A stretch of 9,084 nucleotides of DNA from Octopus sinensis. Taxonomy: Eukaryota. How positions within the stretch are numbered: position 1 is the first letter of the stretch; the number at the start of each line of letters is the position of its first letter. Below the pieces are notes generated by a model. It saw only the letters and a list, made by a program, of their open reading frames with translations. It did no database searches and was not told the DNA's origin. Positions 1-6,615 of the stretch are shown piece by piece. The DNA lies in the NCBI RefSeq assembly GCF_006345805.1, contig NW_021827978.1, forward strand, positions 1-9,084, written 5' to 3'. The position numbers were made by a program, and so were the translations under genes.

Positions 1-152
1 ATTTACGTGAGTACAGGACACCACAATAAGACGTGGAAACGGTAAAAACAAAAAAAAAAAGAAAACGAAAAAACAAAAAACAAGAAAACCCCCCCCCGTC
101 ATCAACTGTCGCTAGTAGAGTCAAGTATGTTTCGAAGGCACGCACTCTCACA

Positions 153-189
153 ACACACAGACACACACACACACACACACACAGACACA
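153..189. repeat. (CA)n microsatellite
   Basis: Alternating CA with two CAGA interruptions. Confidence 0.95.
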
Positions 190-191
190 TA

Positions 192-445
192 TACGAGGCG
201 GGTGCTGAAAAGCTCCTGGCTGGAGGCCCAACCTTCGGAGTTCTTTTACAGGGCTTAGAAAAACTGAAGGACCGCTGCAACAAGGGCGTATATCTGAGAG
301 AAGGATATTTGATTTTGATTTTTCCAGTTTCAGCTCATGAGCTGTGGCCATGCTGGGGCACCGCCATATGATGAATTTTATAATTAACTGATCCTCCTGT
401 ATCTTGTTTTACTCAAACCCAGGAACTCACCAGCACTCCCTTATA
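192..445 (+). mobile_element. Internally deleted mariner (Tc1/mariner) element / MITE with TA target-site duplication
   Basis: Left end is TA-CGAGGCGGGTGCTGAAAAGCTCCTGGCT. The reverse complement of the right end is TA-TAAGGGAGTGCTGGTGAGTTCCTGGGT, i.e. a degenerate TIR with CG decayed to TA. 249-308 translates QGLEKLKDRCNKGVYLREGY, like the mariner transposase C-terminus (Mos1-type GIxKLxxRWxKCVxxxGxY, recalled). Confidence 0.75.
309..365 (-). mobile_element. 5'-truncated retroposon (SINE/LINE) 3' end inserted into the mariner relic
   Basis: Minus strand reads GGCGGTGCCCCAGCATGGCCACAG...GCTGAAAC plus an (AAAATC) tail, similar to the SINE 3' end at 8495-8552. Flanked by ATAT at 305-308 and 366-369. 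Confidence 0.65.
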
Positions 446-453
446 TGGATGTG

Positions 454-531
454 TATATATATATATATATATGTATACACACACACACACACACCACACA
501 CCACACACACGCACACACACGCACACACACG

Positions 532-563
<32 letters not shown>

Positions 564-814
564 CACGCACACACACGCACACACACGCACACACACGCAC
601 ACACACGCACACGCACACACGCACACACACACACACACGCACACACACGCACACACACGCACACACACGCACACCACACACACACACACACACGCACACA
701 CACACGCACACACACGCACACACACGCACACTCACACACACACACACACGCACACACGCACACTCACACACACACACGCACACACACGCACACACACGCA
801 CACACACGCACACA
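454..814. repeat. (TA)n followed by long (CA)n / (CACACACGCA)n compound satellite
   Basis: (TA)n at 454-472, then a CA tract at 477-814 dominated by a 10-mer with one CpG. It explains the HT/CV-rich ORFs. Confidence 0.97.
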
Positions 815-940
815 TATATGAGGCATACAAGTACATATGTTTGCTTTTAAAAGTGCTGATTTAATCTTAAGTGACTACAATGACGCAAAGCTGAAGTATG
901 TATGACTGTATGGATGTGTATGCGTGTGTATGTGTATTTA

Positions 941-1318
941 TATGTGTATGTTTATATGTGGCGTGTTTATGTATGTATATATATAAATGTATGTACGTAC
1001 TTATGTGTGTAAGCATGCGTGTGTGCATGTAAGTATGTATGTATGTACGTACGTATCTATGTGTGTGTATGCATGTATGTATGTGCGTACGTATCTATGT
1101 GTATGTTTATATGTGGCGTGTTTATGTATGTATATATATAAATGTATGTACGTACTTATGTGTGTAAGCATGCGTGTGTGCATGTAAGTATGTATGTATG
1201 TACGTACGTATCTATGTGTGTGTATGCATGTATGTATGTGCGTACGTATCTATGTGTATGTTTATATGTGGCGTGTTTATGTATGTATATATAAATGTAT
1301 GTACGTACTTATGTGTGT
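941..1318. repeat. 155-bp tandem repeat, about 2.4 copies
   Basis: 941-1095 and 1096-1250 are identical by eye. The partial third copy (1251-1318) lacks one TA. Anchor GTGGCG recurs with its C at 962, 1117 and 1272. Confidence 0.95.
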
Positions 1319-1330
1319 GTGAGTGTTTTG

Positions 1331-1570
1331 CAACCGGTCATTGACAGTTAGCAGAGATTTCCATTATTCTTGTGGTTACGGCGGTTGACTAATGAAGCGC
1401 GTCCGTGACAATGAAATACGGGCCACTTCTATGGTTTGCTCGTTCACGCTTGAGTGCGCTCGCTACGTGAAGATCAGGCAGCCATAGTTGCAATTTTTAT
1501 GGTCGCTGGTGCTGCTGCTGCACCTTCTGTTATTTGTTGCTCTTTGAGAAGTGTCGTCAGTGTCTGGAAA
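1331..1570. promoter_or_regulatory. CpG-rich non-repetitive island; candidate promoter or upstream non-coding exon
   Basis: About 13 CpG within 1335-1505 in an otherwise AT-rich, repetitive background. TCAGT initiator-like motif at 1557-1561. Function not shown. Confidence 0.25.
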
Positions 1571-1591
1571 GTAGTCTTGCTAGAGCATTGA

Positions 1592-1660
1592 CATCCATCC
1601 ATCCATCAAATCCGTCCGTCCATCCGTCCGTCCGTCCATTCGATCGTCCGTTCGTCTGTC
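1592..1660. repeat. (CATC)n/(CGTC)n tetranucleotide repeat
   Basis: Direct reading. Confidence 0.9.
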
Positions 1661-1774
1661 CTCCCATGTGTATTTATATATCTTTTGTTTTTGTCTTTGT
1701 TTTGCAAGATTCTTGATGTGAAATTATGTTTTGGAAGGGTCATTATGTCAATATAAACACAGGCGTTGGTTCTA

Positions 1775-1830
1775 ATTCATTCATTCACTTACTCATTCAT
1801 TCATTCATTCATCCATTCAATCATTCATTC
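1775..1830. repeat. (ATTC)n tetranucleotide repeat
   Basis: Direct reading. Confidence 0.92.
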
Positions 1831-1864
1831 TTGTTGTGTTGTTGTTGTTGTTCTTCTTCTTCTT

Positions 1865-1937
<73 letters not shown>

Positions 1938-1980
1938 GCCGCCGCCGCCACCACCACCACCACTATTATTATTATTATTA

Positions 1981-2010
<30 letters not shown>
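1831..2010. repeat. Compound trinucleotide microsatellite TTG-TTC-TAC-TGC-GCC-ACC-ATT
   Basis: Seven consecutive pure blocks; they explain the homopolymer-run ORFs. Confidence 0.97.
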
Positions 2011-2011
<1 letters not shown>

Positions 2012-2020
2012 AATAATAAA

Positions 2021-2218
2021 GACTGGCCCTTTGAAATATAGGTACATCAGAAACAGGAAGAAAGAGTGAGAGAAAGTTGTGGTGAAAGAGTACAGCAAGG
2101 TTCGCCACCGACCCCTGGACCTTCATGGACCTTTAGGTGTTTTCCCTCGGATCTGGGAATCAAAACTGCGATCCTATGACCGCGAGTCCGCTGCCTTAAC
2201 CACTGGGACATTGCGCCT

Positions 2219-2222
<4 letters not shown>
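2021..2222 (-). mobile_element. tRNA-derived SINE, copy A (head plus part of body)
   Basis: Minus strand GTGGAGGCGCAATGTCCCAGTGG (A box) ... GTTTTGATTCC (decayed B box), followed by a pyrimidine-rich body. Homologous to the heads at 2274-2388 and 2409-2524 but lacks about 20 nt after the B box. Confidence 0.75.
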
Positions 2223-2257
<35 letters not shown>

Positions 2258-2267
2258 CACACACACA
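2223..2267. repeat. (CA)n microsatellite
   Basis: Direct reading. Confidence 0.95.
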
Positions 2268-2273
2268 TATACG

Positions 2274-2388
2274 TGGAGCTTTAGGTATTTTCGCTCAATA
2301 AACGCTTTCAACGCTCGGTCTGTGAATCGAAATCGCGATCCACGACCGCGAGTCCGCTGCCCTAACCATTGGACCCTTGCGCCTCCAC
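2274..2388 (-). mobile_element. tRNA-derived SINE head, copy B
   Basis: About 91% identical to copy C (about 10 differences); A- and B-box-like motifs on the minus strand. Confidence 0.8.
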
Positions 2389-2408
2389 CACCCCCTCGCA
2401 TATATACC

Positions 2409-2524
2409 TGGAGCTTTAGGTGTTTTCGATCAATAAACGCTCACAACGCCCGGTCTGTGAATCGAAACCGCGATCCCACGACCGCGAGTCCGCTGCCCTA
2501 ACCACTGGGCCATTGCGCCTCCAC
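2409..2524 (-). mobile_element. tRNA-derived SINE head, copy C
   Basis: A box TGGCCCAGTGG (minus strand, 2502-2512) and B-box-like GGTTTCGATTCAC (minus strand, 2457-2469). Confidence 0.8.
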
Positions 2525-2598
2525 AAAACAAACACATACACACTTATATACACGTGTGCATATGTGCATTTCTTATAATCCAGTATGAACTATTAATT

Positions 2599-2818
2599 GG
2601 AGAATGTGAGCTGGCAGAATCGTTAACCTACCGGAAAAAATTCTTAGTAACATTTCTTCAGATTTTACGTTTTGAGTTCAAATGCCGCCGAGGTCGACTT
2701 TGCCTCTTATCTTTACCGGATCGATAAAATAAGTACCAGTTGGGTACTGGGGTCGATATAATCGACTTACCCCTTCCCCGAAATTGCTGGCCTTGTGCCA
2801 AAATTTGAAAGCAATATT
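2599..2818 (+). mobile_element. tRNA-derived SINE with conserved central domain
   Basis: A-box-like TGGCAGAATCG (2612-2622) and B-box-like GAGTTCAAATGCC (2674-2686). The GAGGTCGACTTTGCC...GATAAAATAAGTACC segment matches an abundant octopus SINE and resembles a MetaSINE-type core, both from recall. Confidence 0.7.
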
Positions 2819-2834
2819 TATCATTAATTATATA

Positions 2835-2862
2835 TTAACATTTTTCTTTCTTTTCTTCACAG
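2835..2862 (+). other. Strong 3' splice acceptor (branch point, polypyrimidine tract, CAG)
   Basis: TTAAC at 2835-2839, then TTTTTCTTTCTTTTCTTCACAG ending at 2862. Composition switches to unique, GC-richer sequence at 2863. Confidence 0.65.
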
Positions 2863-2915
2863 ATATCGCCTGCTATCCGAACACGCTGGAAACTCACTAA
2901 CGGTCGGAAACTCTT

Positions 2916-3100
2916 ATGGTGCAGCAAACCCAACTGGTCTAATGACGGCCTAACATGGAGCCTTCCCGAAGCTTACAAAGGAACTTATACTTGCTAAAAC
3001 GGTTGAAATGGTTGTACCGGTGCTTAAATCCCATAGCAATGTCTACTGGGTCTTGACGTTAGGAATCTCATTTCAAAAATGGAATGGCTTCTTTGAATGA
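2916..3100 (+). promoter_or_regulatory. Cluster of upstream ORFs in the putative 5' leader
   Basis: 2916-2942 MVQQTQLV*, 2942-2953 MTA*, 2955-3056 (33 aa, aacATGG) and 3008-3100 (30 aa, gaaATGG). Only meaningful if this region is part of the GPCR mRNA. Confidence 0.4.
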
Positions 3101-3217
3101 CTTTCAGTGTTAAACTATTTTTTTTTTAACTGACAATAAAATCCATGTTATATATGCATATAAACGACAACTCATGGAATTTATAAGATACGTAAAATAT
3201 TTGAGAAAATAGTATAT

Positions 3218-3218
3218 T

Positions 3219-3256
<38 letters not shown>

Positions 3257-3317
3257 TGTGAGTGTATGTGTATATATTGATACATCGTTCAAATTTATAA
3301 ATATATATATATAAATA

Positions 3318-3355
<38 letters not shown>

Positions 3356-3362
3356 ACATATA
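3218..3362. repeat. (TA)n-rich tract
   Basis: Direct reading. Confidence 0.9.
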
Positions 3363-3449
3363 TGTCCGAACATAAAAAAGAAACAGGAAATCTACTTTAA
3401 ACAAACTAGTAAACACAGAACAATTATATGTTAAAGTCGCCATTGCGCC

Positions 3450-4868
3450 ATGTTTTTAAATCATAACCTTACGAGTGATGTTTCATTAAGGAACTTGATT
3501 TTAGGTTTTAATGGAAGCTCCAGCAGTGCCACAGCCAACATTAACAGTAGCAACGACAGCCACAACAGCAGCAACAGCAGCAACAGCAACAACAGCCACA
3601 GCAACCTTTTCCTGAACGGTGACAACTTCAGTGGTGACCAGTTCTGGCATGACGATCCGTCTCTGATGCCTTTGCGAATCGGTTTCACAGCTTTCGCCGT
3701 GTTCTGCATTTTCGTTGCTAGTCTAGCTGGAAACCTCTTCGTCTGTCTGGTATTCTACAAGCGGCCGTCTCTACTGACCATTTCCAACCGGTTCATTCTC
3801 AACCTGACCTGCTGCAACATACTGAACACGATGTTCGTCATGCCGTTTGTCTTCGTCACGACCATCACCCAAGAATGGGTCTTCAAAGGTATTTGGTGCC
3901 AGTCGACCGGCTTTCTCATGAACCTTATCTTCGCCGCCAGCACCCTAACGCTGGTCGTCATTTCCATCGATCGCTATTGCGCCGTCATTAGCCCCCTTCA
4001 TTACAACATGAGGATCACAACGCAACGAGCCACAATGATGATTATCGGTGTGTGGTTATTGGCCATAGTGGCCTCGTTACCCCCCTTGGTCGGCTGGAAC
4101 CATTTCGAGTACCAACCTGAAAAATACTCCTGCACAGTTCTCTGGCGCAGCCCCCATTACTCAGATCGGACTTACACGCTGTTTTTGTCGCTGATATGTT
4201 TTGTAACGCCCCTCATGGTCATGCTATGGGTGTACGTGGTTATCTTTCGTGCGGCAAAGGACAATAGTGAACGAGCGCGACGCAACAGCGTCATACCTAC
4301 GAACGGAGAAGAACAGTCACAGACTCCGTTAAGGTGTAGTAGGCGGCGAAGCAGCACGGCGCCAATAATTCTCAGCCGCAAACTGAGCACATCGAGCCGG
4401 ACTAGTTCGTTACTCTGGCACCGTGATGAGTGGAAGGCAGCCATTACGAGCATGTTGGTCGTTTCAACGTTCGTCGTGTGTTGGCTTCCATATTTCGTCA
4501 TCATAGTACTGGAATCTTCAGTGTTGCTCAAGTCCGAGGACATTCACCCTTTCTTGCAAGGTGCTGCGATATTCTTGGCGCTGTCTAGCTGCGCTTTCAA
4601 CCCGCTCGTATACGTTTTCCGTAGCAAAGTCGCCCGACAAGAACTCGTGTCCATCTTACATCCGAGACGAAGTCATCCTGCGCTGACGAGAGGCAATTCA
4701 AACGGAGCTGAAACCGGTGCGGCGCTTCCAAAACGAGGCCCTGATACCGGTCAGAAGGACGCTCCGCCACCAAATATTTCTGAGCTGTGCCAACCGCAAT
4801 TAGCTCAGCTCACAGAAACAACATTATCATCAACAGAGACAACAAACAACCCAAATTCAGCATTATGA
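3450..4868 (+). CDS. GPR161: Class A (rhodopsin-like) GPCR, GPR161-like (GPR161/GPR101 clade), uninterrupted coding sequence
   Basis: 472-aa ORF with GCGCCATG start and 7 hydrophobic segments. Motifs: GN (TM1), DRY (174-176), C150/C228 disulfide pair, CWLP and NPLVY. Family-like strings KRPSLLTISNRFILNLT, EWVFxxxWC, ASTLTLVVISIDRY, LPPLVGW and KAAIT match human GPR161 as recalled (KKSYLLTLSNKFVFSLT, EWIFGVVWC, ASMLTLGVIAIDRY, LPPLFGW, KALIT). Asn at 2.50 favours GPR161 over GPR101. Confidence 0.9.
   Translation: MFLNHNLTSDVSLRNLILGFNGSSSSATANINSSNDSHNSSNSSNSNNSHSNLFLNGDNFSGDQFWHDDPSLMPLRIGFTAFAVFCIFVASLAGNLFVCLVFYKRPSLLTISNRFILNLTCCNILNTMFVMPFVFVTTITQEWVFKGIWCQSTGFLMNLIFAASTLTLVVISIDRYCAVISPLHYNMRITTQRATMMIIGVWLLAIVASLPPLVGWNHFEYQPEKYSCTVLWRSPHYSDRTYTLFLSLICFVTPLMVMLWVYVVIFRAAKDNSERARRNSVIPTNGEEQSQTPLRCSRRRSSTAPIILSRKLSTSSRTSSLLWHRDEWKAAITSMLVVSTFVVCWLPYFVIIVLESSVLLKSEDIHPFLQGAAIFLALSSCAFNPLVYVFRSKVARQELVSILHPRRSHPALTRGNSNGAETGAALPKRGPDTGQKDAPPPNISELCQPQLAQLTETTLSSTETTNNPNSAL
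3537..3605 (+). repeat. Coding AAC/AGC trinucleotide repeat giving an Asn/Ser-rich glycosylation tract
   Basis: Encodes NINSSNDSHNSSNSSNSNNSHSN (aa 30-52). Confidence 0.85.
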
Positions 4869-4950
4869 GAAAGACAATTTCTATTTGTTATTGGACCTTA
4901 TATTTATTATTTATTTATATGTATATATGGCTATATATATTTTCTTCTAT

Positions 4951-4999
4951 TTCTTCTTCTTCTTCTTCTTCTTCCACAGTTGGCATGGACATATAACAA

Positions 5000-5057
<58 letters not shown>
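4951..5057. repeat. (TTC)8 and (ATT)19 microsatellites downstream of the stop codon
   Basis: TTC at 4951-4974 and ATT at 5001-5057. Confidence 0.95.
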
Positions 5058-5060
<3 letters not shown>

Positions 5061-5240
5061 CAGTACTTTAATGTACTGTAAACTACATTACAATTATTGT
5101 ACAGTACAGTGCTGCAGAGACAATGTTTATATTATACAGTACGAAAGGAGTACAACATCATAAGAGCTTACAGCCTTATGAGATTTGTTTTACTAACAAG
5201 CCATGTTCTAAATACTCAGCATTCCTCCACGTTTCAATAC

Positions 5241-5302
5241 CTATGTATATGTATATATGCATATATATATATATGTGTATATATATATATATATATATAA
5301 TA

Positions 5303-5342
<40 letters not shown>

Positions 5343-5566
5343 TGCACATATATATATACATATATATATTTAATATATTAATATATATATATATATGGAT
5401 ATGTATATATGCACATATTATGTATGTGTATGTATATATTATATATATACATATACATACATTCATACATATAAAACACACATTTACATGACACATGCGC
5501 ACATATTGATTTTTGAGTATGCTTTATATTTATAATTATATATATGTATACATGCATAAATGCATA

Positions 5567-5608
<42 letters not shown>

Positions 5609-5917
5609 TATATATATGTATATATTTATGTATACATACCTGCATATACATAATATGAATTATATATATATATATATATCTATATCTATATATATATATT
5701 ATATATATATATATATAGATGCACCTACACGCACAATACACACGCGCACACCCACATAAAATTATGTACATGTATGTATAAAACCAACATGTAAACAAGA
5801 ATATTCTTGTATACGAATGAGAACGTTGAAACGAAAACACTTTAGTATATACTCTATACTACATATATATATATATATGTATGTGAGCATATATATATAT
5901 ATAATATATATTATATT

Positions 5918-5957
<40 letters not shown>

Positions 5958-6010
5958 TACACACATACATATATACTTACATACATGTGTATTTTGTATG
6001 TATGTATGTA
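5241..6010. repeat. Large degenerate (TA)n/(TG)n/(CA)n field in three blocks
   Basis: Blocks at about 5241-5480, 5524-5760 and 5855-6010; they explain the IY-rich ORFs. Confidence 0.92.
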
Positions 6011-6328
6011 TACCTGTGTGTATGTGGTTATATGTTTCTAGGCATAATTCATTTCAGCGAAAACGAATCGAAACCGGACGAATACGGCTACCGAAAGATG
6101 TCAGCGTTATTTGGGATAGTGGACAGTGGTCAGTAGACACAGAGGTGGGTTGGCTAGAGGCGATAGCAGGCATTATAAGGCTTATAAAAGATTCCGAACA
6201 ATCTTCCTCCTGCTCTAACGCACATACAATGCTTGCAGAGACGCACATATTTCTACATATATACGCAACAACAGGAATTATTTCCGACCTCTCTTTCTGT
6301 CTGTCTGTTTGTCTTTCGGTCTTTCTCA

Positions 6329-6435
<107 letters not shown>

Positions 6436-6615
6436 CCTGTCTATTTCTTTTCCCAACTATCTATTAGATAGGTACTAAAGTGCAATGCAACCACGTATAT
6501 CTGGTTGAACAAACATTCCGAACTTCTGTTAACCAATGTTCTCTTGGGCCGCTTGCATCCATTTTTGAAACATCGAGTTTGGCTAGAAGCAGAAACCGAC
6601 GGCACGAAGCGGGCC

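Noticed and set aside
33-371. 112-aa ORF as a gene
   Set aside because: It is a chimera of an A-rich run, (CA)n, about 20 relic mariner codons and a retroposon fragment, and it starts at GTG.
868-877. TGACGCAA CRE/ATF-like site suggesting cAMP feedback
   Set aside because: A single short motif, expected by chance and without supporting context.
404-1187. HT/CV/YV-rich ORFs on both strands
   Set aside because: Pure translation of CA/TG/TATG repeats, which lack stop codons.
1681-1745. Possible micro-exon after TTTTGCAAG at 1708
   Set aside because: The acceptor has A at -3 and the only nearby donor (GTCATT) is weak.
1726-2098. Poly-Thr/Ala/Pro/Leu/Gln ORFs
   Set aside because: Artefacts of the compound trinucleotide tract.
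2409-2524. Functional tRNA gene
   Set aside because: No complete cloverleaf or acceptor stem could be built; it continues into SINE body sequence and occurs as diverged copies.
2274-2524. CRISPR-like repeat-spacer array
   Set aside because: Eukaryotic context; the repeats are about 115-bp diverged SINE heads with simple-sequence spacers, and there are no cas genes.
3258-3263. GTGAGT donor splitting the leader
   Set aside because: No polypyrimidine/AG acceptor exists between it and the ATG at 3450.
3461-4543. Antisense ORFs within the GPCR
   Set aside because: Short shadows of the sense coding frame with no recognisable motifs.
4901-4927. AU-rich element (TTATTTATT) and Pumilio-like TGTATATA
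   Set aside because: Real matches, but uninformative in a very AT- and TA-repeat-rich background.
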